Assembly: GCA_040285855.1 (NCBI GenBank)
Contig: JAUFOQ010000016.1
Span: 2,852,001 to 2,916,000 of the forward strand
Length of the DNA stretch: 64,000 nt
Source of the DNA: Eukaryota sp. GEM-RC1
Taxonomy: Eukaryota
Reading direction: 5' to 3'
Under the pieces are notes generated by a model. The model worked only from the letters and a program-made list of their open reading frames with translations. It did not search any database and was not told the DNA's origin. This document shows, piece after piece, positions 53,101 to 64,000 of the stretch (positions are counted from its first letter, which is position 1; each line of letters begins with the position of its first letter). Position numbers and translations under genes: made by a program.

Positions 53101-53890
53101 AGATGTTTTGGCCATTGTTCTGCGTGTTACTAGACCTCAAGTTTCTTTAATCATTGCACACGTAATTCGAAAAATTTCTCATAAATTTCCAAATTTTGTA
53201 TGTACAACAATTGAGCAAAAGCGACAAACCGAAGCTCGTATCATGGGTATTCTTGATTCAATTGAACTTGATCCACTTCCCAAGTCTGATTTGACTGCGT
53301 TTACTTTGAGCTCTGGAATTAAAGGAGTTTCAATAGAGGAATTGGGTTGTGATGTTGCTGCGTTGTCTTCTTTGGTTGCATCGTCACCAATTGTTTACGA
53401 AATTCCTGATAAGTCGTCACCATTTTTAAATAATGTTGATATTTCAAAATCAAACAGTTTTATGAGTGTTGCCGAACATCTCCCTAAATTTTTAAAACTG
53501 GTGAAATTTGTTCGTGGAAAGACTGTTTCGATGTTCAAACACAAAGCTATTGTTTGTGAATCCAAATCAATCTTGACTGATCGTCACAGTAGTAAACTTT
53601 TGACGATGCTTGTAATAGTTATAACTTAATTGTGACGAATTTGCAGGAACAAATGGATAAAGAAGAATTAACTGTAGGGTGTCAAATGTTACCTGTACCA
53701 ACAGAACTTTCTGATTCTTCTTGTCTTGGATTATTCACTCTTGACGATTCTGATGATGCTATGCCTATTCGAACTCTAATTGAAGAGGAATTTGTCAATA
53801 CTCATAATACTCTTGTTGGAACTTATTCATTGGGATCGATTGATCTCTTTTCAATCAACTCTGATTCCTTTGTTCAAATCAAGTGTGACA
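50171..53890 (+). pseudogene. Type A chimera, 5' part (RING - kinase - coiled coil - RNF213-like module), broken by the inversion
   Basis: 977-aa ORF running from kinase to RZ-like finger with no frameshift, so the fusion is directly visible. Has a 23-bp deletion in the RING relative to the 62946 copy. Confidence 0.88.
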
Positions 53891-55944
53891 TAAATGATGA
53901 TAAGTTTGGGTGACTCGGATTCATTTTCAATTTTTCAAATAATTTTTCAAATATTAAAGGAGTCACGTCACCAATAACAGAAGGATCACTAACAATCTCA
54001 AAAAGATTAGACTGTAACAACAACTCAGGATCAAAATGATCACAAAGAGCTCCAATGACACGTAAGCGATTAGGTGTTGGATCTGACAAGAAGAATTTAA
54101 AAGCGTCTAAAACACATTGCTCGCTAGTAATTAAATTCTCAGAAGCAAGTTCTTCAGGACAATCATGAACAAATGCCAACTTTAACCAAGAAGTACATAT
54201 TCTGCCTAAAGAACTATCCTCAATCTCTAAAGAAAGATGAGATAACACAGCTTCTTTAGCTTCAGGTGTAGGAGTAAGAGAATTAATGAGCTGGAAACCC
54301 AGAGCTGTCGTTGATTGATCCCCATGGATTGATTGGTTGAGTGATTGTAGATGAGCGATTACCCGTGATTGGTGATAGAGTTGTTTGTTTGTTAAGAAAA
54401 TGTAAAGCTCAGAAAAGAGATCAACGATTGAGGAACAAGCAGAAGCATTTTGAACGAAAGAATCGACAAAGAATACCGATATCTCGAAATATTCAAATAT
54501 TGGTCGAACAATTGAGGTGATATCATTTTCTTCAACTTTGCAGGTATAATTATGAAGCATAACATCGTGATCTGACATATCTTCAATCAACTCCAAAAAG
54601 AGATCAAGCTCAGAATTGTTATCACGATGATATTCAATTAAAGCACAAATAAAGTAAAGGAATGGTAGTTCTGTGAAAGTTAAAATTCCAAATGAAGTTC
54701 TTGTAGAATTCCACTGTGGCAACTTAGACGAAGATAAAATCCAAGAAACGTATTCAAGGTAGGATTTAATCGACATAAAACCGGTATCAAAAGGAATCAT
54801 CAGATTCCAATCAATTAACACGGAGAAAACTTCTTTCAAGTTGGAAAACACGTGATCATTAACGATGGTGAATGAACTAAACTTTGTAAGTTTTCTTTCT
54901 AAATCACGAACTGTCTCAATCAAACAATTGTTGTGGTTGATCAAAAGGGTACTACTATCATTATCCCCAATCAAAAATGATTGATCATCACAATCAGAAA
55001 CATTCACACTTTTAATAATCTCAGTAATTTCGTTGATTGTTGGTCGTAACATGGGATCAGAATTGAAACATTTTGAAATTAAATCCTTTAAACAATCAGG
55101 TACTGAAGAATCAAAAGGTAATGAATCGTTGATATCAGGACTCTGACTCGCCACTTGGCCTTCAAAAGCTTCTTGTCCAAACAAAATTTGATACATAATT
55201 AACCCAAGTGAATAAATGTCACATTGAGGTCCATAATGTGTATTTAATTCATCTGAAACACCAGTTTTAGAAAACACGGCAGGTTTTCCAGTTTTCAAAG
55301 AAGTTGTAGAAACAGTTTTGGAGGTACCAAAATCAGCAACTTTAACGTGACCATCCACTAGAAGAATATTGCATGGTTTCAAGTCACCATGAACAACAGA
55401 CTTTAGGTGGAGAAACTTGACACCCTGGCAAAGCTCTTTAGCGTATCTAAGTGTTACTGATGACAGAGAACTTGGGAAGGGGGAGGGAAGAAGAAGCTCT
55501 TTCCATCACGATACCAATAGAATCATTGAAGAAGGAGATGCCATAGACACGTATAATAGAAGGATGATTCAAGTTGTAGAGCAGATTCATTTCTTTTTGG
55601 AGTTCGAGTTTCCCTTTATCTGTAAGGGCAACCATCTTGACAGCGACAGGGAGATCGGACCATTCGGCTGCAAAGACGACAGCAAAATCATCTTCTGCAA
55701 TTTTAGCTCCGAGAAGTATGTGATCGGGAGAAATTTGAGGGCAAAGATCGCCTTTATTGGAAGCAATGACCAGATCGAGTATACAAGAGTTAGGCTTCTT
55801 CTCTCTGAGACATTCGATACGACAGAAGGGACAGACGTCTAGAGAAGCAGAGCATTCAGTACAAGCAGAGTGTCCTTCGCCACAGACCAACAGAGGAAGA
55901 CGAGAAGAAAGATTAAATGACTTGCAGCAGCCAAAGCAGTGCAT
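53891..55944 (-). pseudogene. Type B chimera, 5' part, broken by the inversion
   Basis: RING (MHCFGCC...), kinase with AEDDF loop, linker; ends ...PNLSSF at the junction. Confidence 0.88.
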
Positions 55945-56599
55945 CCAAAGTGATAGGGTTTTGTTTTGGAAATCAAAATTGAATTTCTATTTGTCAAAAC
56001 TAACATTCAAAACTTATTATTCACGAACAGCTTTTCTCCAGTTAAGAGTGTCACAATTCATTGTAAAATGTGTCTATTGATGATTTCTTAGTCTGTTTGG
56101 AACTCGATACAAGTATTTCTGAAATATATGAGATTGTAAATATAAATTCAATTCTGGCCAAGCTTTTTGGTGGTAACTACTAGTGCTTGTCGGACTTGGA
56201 TAGTGCGCTTGATAATTTCCTGTACGTGCTTTGTTAAGTGCATTCTAGTATCGGTATCCAAATTGAGGTAACACAACGAAATGAACTGACTCTACACGAT
56301 ATGTCAATATTTGACTGTATTGATGGAACTCCCTGTTATTATATACTAGTATATATATATATATCTACAGAATTTTGTTTTCGAGTTTTGTAATCGATAT
56401 CCTTCAAGTACTTCTCTTTGTCAAATTACTTACAGTTTATATCTCATTCATCTCCGTTGCGATATTGGAGGTTTTTCTCCCGAGTGATGCTCACTTTGTT
56501 TTCCTACTGATATCACAGTATTTCCATGTCGAAACATTTTGTCTTTAAAATTTGCTTTAAAGATATTCGTAAATCATTTATTAAATTATTGTGAGTGTA

Positions 56600-57400
56600 A
56601 ATTTTACTGTTCGGTTAAGGAAAAAACCCAGTTTCCCTAATTTGTTAATTGATTTTAATGAGGGTGCTGATGTGGCATTAATTAATCAAATTCCACAAGG
56701 GTGTTGTTTATTTTTATATTTTACCTTATAGATTTTACTTATCTCCGTCTCATAAACATATGTCATTTATTTTCTCTGATACTAGTACCCCATTTGACGG
56801 TATAGTCAACAAGGGTATGGTCTACTATTAAACGATCATCAATGGACCACTACCATGCGACTTCGTTGCTGTTTATGACCATACAATTTGCCAAACGATC
56901 TTTTATGTAGTTGTGGTAAACAATTAGCATGTACTCATTTTTTAAGTTGTAATCGCTACATAACTTATCAGACATGTATGCATGAATGATACTGTAACAG
57001 ACCAAATACATGCTATGTGTAAGTTCTGGAAAATTGAATAATTTGTAGAACCACTTCTAAACTCTTTAGATTTAAATTATTGTAATATTGTAATGGCGAA
57101 ATAAAGAACCAATTTTTGGGTAAACGGAGAGCAGATGTTGTTGTCCCTTCTTCTGCAGACAAATTGTATGTTGTTGATGTGGTGTCTGTGGATGCTTGTA
57201 AGAAGACATCTTTAAAGAATGCTTACTCTAAAACCTCCCCTTTGGACATTTATGAACAAGCCAAACTTGATAAGTACAAAAAATCATTAATGGCTCTAAA
57301 ACTTGTAAAACGTGTTAAGTACGAATTATACCCTTTTGGTCTATCCAGCTTCGGAAAAACAATTTTCCTAGTCATCTCCAAAGCTTTACTAGCTCTGAAT
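56600..57400 (+). mobile_element. Decayed RLE-type non-LTR relic (copy of 22880..23650)
   Basis: KRRADVVVPS...VVDVVSVD...EQAKLDKY...YPFG. Confidence 0.72.
56702..56811. mobile_element. 110-bp solo LTR-like insertion
   Basis: TGTTG...CAACA termini; 4-bp TSD AGGG (56698-56701, 56812-56815); absent from the paralogous site near 22968. Confidence 0.8.
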
Positions 57401-57562
57401 ATATCGGTTGTAAGATTTGGTGATGACAAATGTTGTTTTATTGATAACAATTTTGGTTATATCACTTTTATAAATTACGTCATAAACAACTTCTCGATTG
57501 TTTATACAATGTATAAACATGTACATATGATATGATCTTTGGATAAAGCTTGATAAATTAAC

Positions 57563-58155
57563 CAGGGGTTGAAAAATATATGTTTATTGTCCACCAAAAA
57601 TATTTATTGACACTCTGTGAGGTCGAACAACATGGTATTGTTATTGTAAACAATATATATATATTTATGGACAATAGATTGCAATATTGGAAAATACAAA
57701 CAACAGTTTTTTCTACGAGTTGTAAATCCTGCGAAGTGTTTTCTGATTTCACAAAGCATGATTGAAGCGCAAAAACAGTTGTTTTTGTAAGGTATAAGGA
57801 TCCAAAGCAGGTCCATGACAACATAAAGTGGGGTTTGTGTGACTGATGAGCCTCTCTCCACTTCCCCTACTGGGTGGGTGATGGAGAAGAGGTCATTGTC
57901 TACTGAATTGATGGTGCTTGAAACAATAAGTTGACACTTGAAGGCGAATGTCGAAGTCACTACATAGTCTTGTTTAGATTCCTTCCTCTTCAGGGAATGT
58001 CGATACTATTACACAATGTATTTTCCTACAAATATTCTATAAAACACTGCTGAATCGATTAATTTTGTCTAACATTACCCAACAATATATTGTACAACAT
58101 TGTTATTGTACTTATTGCAATATATTGCAATATCAATATATTTTTTCCAATCCAG
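57563..58155. mobile_element. MITE family 2, second copy (right end degenerate)
   Basis: Left TSD and TIR as at 23813; right end reads ttccaatccag-aagttcac. Confidence 0.78.
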
Positions 58156-58518
58156 AAGTTCACTGATGTGCTTTTGCTTATGTTTCGTATTTAATATCAT
58201 CAAATTGTTTAAACATTTTCATTTCAACATCAGGTATTTTAAATCCAATTGGTAACATTTTGTTTCTATTTAAAAAGATATACAATTGTAAGAGGAAGTT
58301 TAAAGAGGAATCTTATACTTGGGATTATTCACCACTTCGAGTTTATAAAAACATTGAGTTTACTTATTCGCCATCATTAACATTGTTACCAATGAAATGA
58401 GACGGAATGTAATAGTGTTCTAATCACTAATTATTTCAATTCATAGTCAAAAGATTTGTGTGTCCACATGTGCGTTGAACATCAGTTCAATAGAACAAGC
58501 ACAAAATCATTTTTGAGT

Positions 58519-61500
58519 CTACAAAGTCAATCTCTCCAATCCCCAAAAAGTATCAGAAGCTTTCAATTGAGATTCCTCCAAGAACTCAAAATCTTCGCTG
58601 AAACAACAAACTTCGTAGTCTTGCGAATCCATTGGATGAATTCCAACTCTCAAAACAAACTTCTTTAATAAACTAATAAATTCTCTAATGCGAGACTTTC
58701 TTTTAAGTTTAAGTAAAGATTGTACCTTACTAACAGAAAGTTTGGTTTTAAACTGATCCTGAACCAATTCTTCAAGGAGCTGGAATGGGAAATGTAGTTC
58801 TACCGAATTTAATATTGTTAAAATCTGCCCAATAGATTCATTTTCAAAAAGAAATCCAATATTTTGACAAAAGTCATCCAGTTTTCTCTGTTTCAGGAAT
58901 GCCTTTAAGCTCATAGACCTGTCATTTGGAAGTTCTGTAGCGATAGTTCTAGTGACAATAATAATTTCATTATAAAGAGGCAGGTAATCATCAACAATAA
59001 TAGAAGGTGGACAATCAACATTATCATCGACAGTAAACCCTTCTTTTAAGAGGAAATCTTCTAATTCGTACAAGTCTTTGGATTTGGAAAGTAGAAACTG
59101 TGGTAATTCTATTGGTTCAATTTTGTGCTTAATCAATCCAGAAAGGATGTAACCGTCATAAACGTGATCTACAACACGTAAACGGCAAGTGAAAGGATCA
59201 AGGGTGATGCCGCGACTGTCACACTTGATTTGAACAAAGGAATCAGAGTTGATTGAAAAGAGATCAATCGATCCCAATGAATAAGTTCCAACAAGAGTAT
59301 TATGAGTGTTAACAAATTCCTCTTCAATTAGAGTTCGAATAGGCATAGCATCCTCACAATCGTCAAGAGTAAATAATCCAAGACAAGAAGAATCAGAAAG
59401 TTCTGTTGGTACAGGTACCATTTGACACCCTACAGTTAATTCTTCTTTATCCATTTGTTCCTGCAAATTCGTCACAATTAAGTTATAACTATTACAAGCA
59501 TCGTCAAAAAGTTTTCTGCTTTGACGATCAGCCAAGATTGATTTGGATTCACATACAATAGCTTTGTGTTTGAACATCGAAACAGTCTTTCCACGAACAA
59601 ATTTCACCAGTTTTAAAAATTCAGGAAAATGTTCGGCAACACTCATAAAACTGTTTGCTTTTGAAATATCAACATTATTTAAAAATGGTGACGACTTATC
59701 AGGAATTTCGTTAACAATTGGTGACGATCCAACCAATGATGACAACGCAGCAACATCACTGCGCAATTCCTCTATTGAAACTCCTTTAATTCCAGAGCTC
59801 AAAGTAAACGCAGTCACATCAGACTTGGGAAGTGGATCAAGTTCAATTGAATCAAGAATAGCCATGAGACGAGCTTCGGTTTGTCGTTTTTGCTCAATTG
59901 TTACACACACAAAATTTGGAAATTTATGAGAAATTTTTCGAATTACGTGAGCAAGGATTAAAGAAACTTGAGGTCTAGTAACACGCAGAACAATGGCCAA
60001 AAGATCTAAACATTCAATTAATGTATCACGAAGTTGAGCCAATCCATGTTCAACGTCATACATTCTAGCATACTGGTCTGCAATACCATTAGTAACACAA
60101 GCACGAGCTAAGACCATGTACAAAAAGATACTCGATCCAAGTAACCAAGATCTTCGATTTGAATAGCGGAATAAACCCTTCAAACAACGTTCTAAAGTAA
60201 TAAATACAACGTAACGACCAGGCTGTAGTCCAGGTTGCCATTGAGGATTGGAGCAGAAGTGTTTGAAAGGAACTTCGGATGAAGAATTACATGTTGACCA
60301 ATTGACAGCAGAGCATTTTGGACACTTATGTTCACTTGACCCTAACCAAACATCAGAACCTCTACCAAAGGCGTGAACTCCTGAACTTCCACAATTACTA
60401 ACAACAGCAGAATAACCACAAGTTAAACAGTAATAGATGTGTAGGAAACTCCTATTCATATTTAAATCAATTCTTGAAAAACAACTATTTGGAAAATTGA
60501 AAGGAATATAAGCAGCTTCAATAGACGAAGTGGTAAATGCCTGGCAAGAATCAAAATTTCTCCAAGTGGGAGTAAACAGGAAAGTGAATTATCAAAGACA
60601 TTGAAAATGTGTTTAAAATTTGATTCTGGTATATTCATATTCTTAGATATTATAATAGCAGAAACCTTATGCCCAGTGATTTCAGATAGGTCAATAGCTC
60701 CGCTTTGAAGTCTTTGGACTTCTTCAATGATTGCAGGATTATTCTTATAGTCAGTATCATTTGATAAACCATTAAAATCGTCATCATTCAAGTTCAATGG
60801 GGCAAGTAACTCCTGTTTTTGACTGGTAGTTCCATCTGAATCCTTGATTAATTCAGCAAGAGCTTCCATTGCTTCACCCTCAGTTCCACGTGATAAAAGT
60901 AAACGAATAAGGAAAGTCTTTGTTCCAATCAAATGTGATTGTGTTCGTACTGATTGGTCAAGTGAGAAGATCAAAACTTCAATAGGAAGTGGTTGGTTTT
61001 TGTCAACAAGATCTGTAACCAAAATAGAAAATAACTTACTATAAAGAGTAATTAGAGTTAGTTGTGAGGCTTTACGTAACTTAACTAGAACTTCAGAAAG
61101 ACTTGGTAATTTGAATCCAAGTTTAGGCAGATATGAAACAAAAGACTGTGACAAAGAAGCCAAAAACCATGGAAAAGATTCAGAATAAATATAAATTAAG
61201 AAAATCAGATCAAGAATTGGTGATGTTGCTTCAATGAATGGTAATAGCTGTGTATGGGCAGAATCAGATTTCAATTTTTGAAACAATTTTTGAAATATTA
61301 ATGGAGCAACATCACCAATAACAGAAGGATCACTAACAAGCTCAAAAAGATTAGACTGTAACAACAACTCAGGATCAAAATGATCACAAAGAGCTCCAAT
61401 GACACGTAAGCGATGAGGTGTTGGATCTGACAAGAACAATTTAATAGTGTCTAAAACATCTTGTTCACTAGTAATTAAATTCTCAGAAGCAAGTTCTTCA

Positions 61501-62946
61501 GGACAATAAAGAATATATGCTAACTTTAACCAAGAAGTACATATTCTACCTAAAGAACTATCCTCAATCTCTAAAGAAAGATGAGATAACACAGCTTCTT
61601 TGGCTTGAGGTGTAGGAGAAAGAGAATTAATGAGCTGGAAACCCAGAGCTGTCGTTGATTGATCCCCATGGATTGGTGTATCTGATGGTACACTCAAGGA
61701 CTTTACAGTAGATTGTATACAGGACTTATAGTTTGTAAGTTGATTCTCGGCATCATGGACTTTCTCCTTTAAAACATTGTTTTGATTTGTCAAAAGAGAG
61801 ATAGTTTCATTAAGAGAATTTTCTTTGTTGGTAAACTGTGAGTTTAAATTCACAATATTTTGATCATTCGATTGTAAAAGATCAACATTTTCTTTTTTTA
61901 AGTCAGTAACTTGACTTTTCAGTGAGGATATTTCATCTGATAATTGCAGATTTGGAGCTACAATAGCTTCATTATAATCACAATCAGAAACATTCACATT
62001 TTTAACAATCTCAGTAATTTCATTGATTGTGGGTCGTAACATGGGATCAGAATTCAAACATTTTGAAATTAAATCCTTTAAACAATCAGGCATTGAAGAA
62101 TCAAAATATAATGGTTTGTCTCGAAATTTCGCACCAATAATTTGATTAACCGAATACCCTTCAAAAGCTTCTTTTCCAGACAAAATTTCATACATAACTA
62201 ATCCAAGTGAATAAATGTCACTAAAAGGACCAGGAGGATCATCAAATTGTTCAGAAGCAGCGTATTTCGGAGTTACGGCATGTGTCTTTGTTACCATGGT
62301 AGTGGTAGTAGAAACAGTTTTGGAGGTACCAAAATCAGCAACTTTAACGTGACCATCAACTAGAAGTATATTACCTGGTTTCAAGTCACCATGTACAACA
62401 GACTTCAGGTGGAGAAACTTCACACCCTGGCAAAGCTCTTTAACGTATCTAAGTGTTACTGATGAAAGAGAACTTGGGAAGGGGGAGGGAAGAAGAAGCT
62501 CTTTCCATCACGATACCAATGGAATCATTGAAGAAGGAGATGCCATAGACACGTATAATAGAAGGATGATTCAGGTTGTAGAGCAGATTCATTTCCTTTT
62601 GGAGTTGGAGTTTTCCTACATCTGTAAGTTCAACCATCTTGACAGCGACAGGGAGATCGGACCATTCAGCAGCGTAGACGACACCAAAACCACCTTCAGC
62701 TATTTTAGTTCCGAGAAGTATGTGATCGGAGGGAATTTGAGGGCAAAGGTCTCCATTACGAGAAGCTCGGATGAGATCTTGTAGAGCAAAATTAGGTTTT
62801 GTCTCGCTGAGAGATTTACTGCGGCAGACAGGACAGATGTCCAATGCAGCTGAGCATTGAGCACATGCGGTGTGTCCTTCACTACAAATCAATAATGGAA
62901 GACGAGAAGATAGATTGAAAGAGTCATAACAAACAACACAATCCAT
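58519..62946 (-). CDS. Type A chimera, complete (~1470 aa consensus): RING - kinase - coiled coil - RNF213-like E3 module with RZ-like finger and C-terminal domain
   Basis: Three collinear ORFs (165, 653, 646 aa) separated by small indels; AEGGF, VAVK, HGDLKPGN, DFG, YAASE; YYCLTCGY...SNCG...CPKC; NTHN; LKKFVLRV. Confidence 0.87.
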
Positions 62947-63029
62947 TGATAGATCAAGAATAGGAATGAGTTACTGGTGATTGTAGTACTACAGTAGTAT
63001 AAAACGAAGAAAGGAACATTTTTACTAAG

Positions 63030-63819
63030 ACATCCATTAACACACAGTATCTATTGTACTACGTCTACACGTAATAGTAGACTTGAGAGTCTTATTGAGA
63101 ATAACTCTGTACTCGATGTTTCTATAAGTGAACCAACACTTTTTTCGGTTCTTCTACTAAGGAAGCTCTAAATTTGCTTGAAAATTTGTGTTCAGAATTT
63201 GATAAGAAGTTTTACAGCTCATACTGGATGAGTAAAATTGATGTTTCGACTTTTTAGTCATTTTTAGATTTGTTGATTCTATTTTGGCCAAGTTGTTTGG
63301 TTGTAACTATTTTTGGGAATTGAGTAATTCGCTTGATAGTCTGTTTTAATAATCTTTATTTTATTTGTTGTTTTCTTGTTGTGTGTTTTTCTCCGCAGAT
63401 AAACCCGTTTTATTACCAGGTCCACTTTAGTAGAGTGTACCTACATCTAGTCATCAATATCCACAAAGTCCAAAATTTGTCTTTGGAGATACAAATGATC
63501 TTGTGATCTACTTTCAACATAATGTATGTTTGAAGGTAATTTCTGGACTGATGCTCATCTCATTGGTTTCGTCAAACCCAGTAAGGGAATTAAATCTGAT
63601 GGAATCCGTCCAATTGCTTATGGACAATCAATCTCCCGTTTCTTTGCTTCAATTGTTTTTTATCGAGTGGTTGATACAGCAGATCGCTTTTTATCTCCAT
63701 TCAAATTTGGAATTAAGATATCAGCTTTGTTGTTTAATTCTCACGATGATAACTTAATTTCTATTCTCCATTCTACAATGCATTTGATTCCGTTAGTCGT
63801 AAGTCCGTTTTTGCTTTGA
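63030..63819 (+). mobile_element. CRE-like non-LTR fragments, mirrored copy
   Basis: LIGFVKPSKGIKSDGIRPIAYGQSISRFF...LSPFKFGIK. Confidence 0.65.
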
Positions 63820-64000
63820 CTGAAAAAGAGTATTCTGAGTTATCATCCTACTTTTTTTCGTTCTATTGAAAATCAAGTGATTACATTTATGATGTTACTA
63901 CAAGTGTGAGCACATAAATCTCATGTTGTAACATCAAGAAATATTTGACTGGAATTAATAAAGAGAAGATGTAAGTCAACTCGATCCGAATTATTAATTG

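Larger units (their letters stand above)
25485..53890. other. 28.4-kb inverted block within the tandem array
   Basis: The two junctions are exact reciprocal products of intact gene sequences seen at 20175/20176 and 59216/59217. Confidence 0.93.
49094..53890. repeat. Arm of second apparent inverted repeat (mirrors 59217..64000)
   Basis: caattaataattcggatcg at 49094 is the reverse complement of the window end. More diverged than the first arm pair. Confidence 0.93.

Noticed and set aside
196..64000. Many short antisense or intergenic ORFs in the track (e.g. 18491..18907, 23914..24240, 36499..36786, 59543..59929)
   Set aside because: They are shadows of real genes or lie in MITEs and decayed DNA, with no recognisable motifs.

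Overview
AT-rich, apparently intron-less eukaryotic (probably protist) DNA. The window is about 1.9 copies of a ~33.7-kb tandem unit in which 25485..53890 (28.4 kb) is cleanly inverted. This creates two apparent giant palindromes (1..20175 vs 25485..45619; 49094..53890 vs 59217..64000) and a direct repeat (20176..25484 vs 53891..59216). Each unit carries: (i) a truncated RNF213/mysterin-like AAA+ gene; (ii) four chimeric paralogues, each an N-terminal RING-kinase (three types) or BTB domain fused to what by eye is the RNF213 C-terminal E3 module with an RZ-type zinc finger, whose sequence varies strongly between paralogues; (iii) a young Ty3/Gypsy element with 85-bp LTRs and a consensus single gag-pol-chromodomain ORF; (iv) three hAT-type MITE families with 8-bp TSDs and relics of RLE-type (CRE-like) non-LTR elements. 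One unit copy also carries a 110-bp solo LTR. Most frameshifts are 1-bp homopolymer indels that differ between copies and look like long-read errors, so gene models are consensus reconstructions. All homology calls come from remembered motifs, not from searches.
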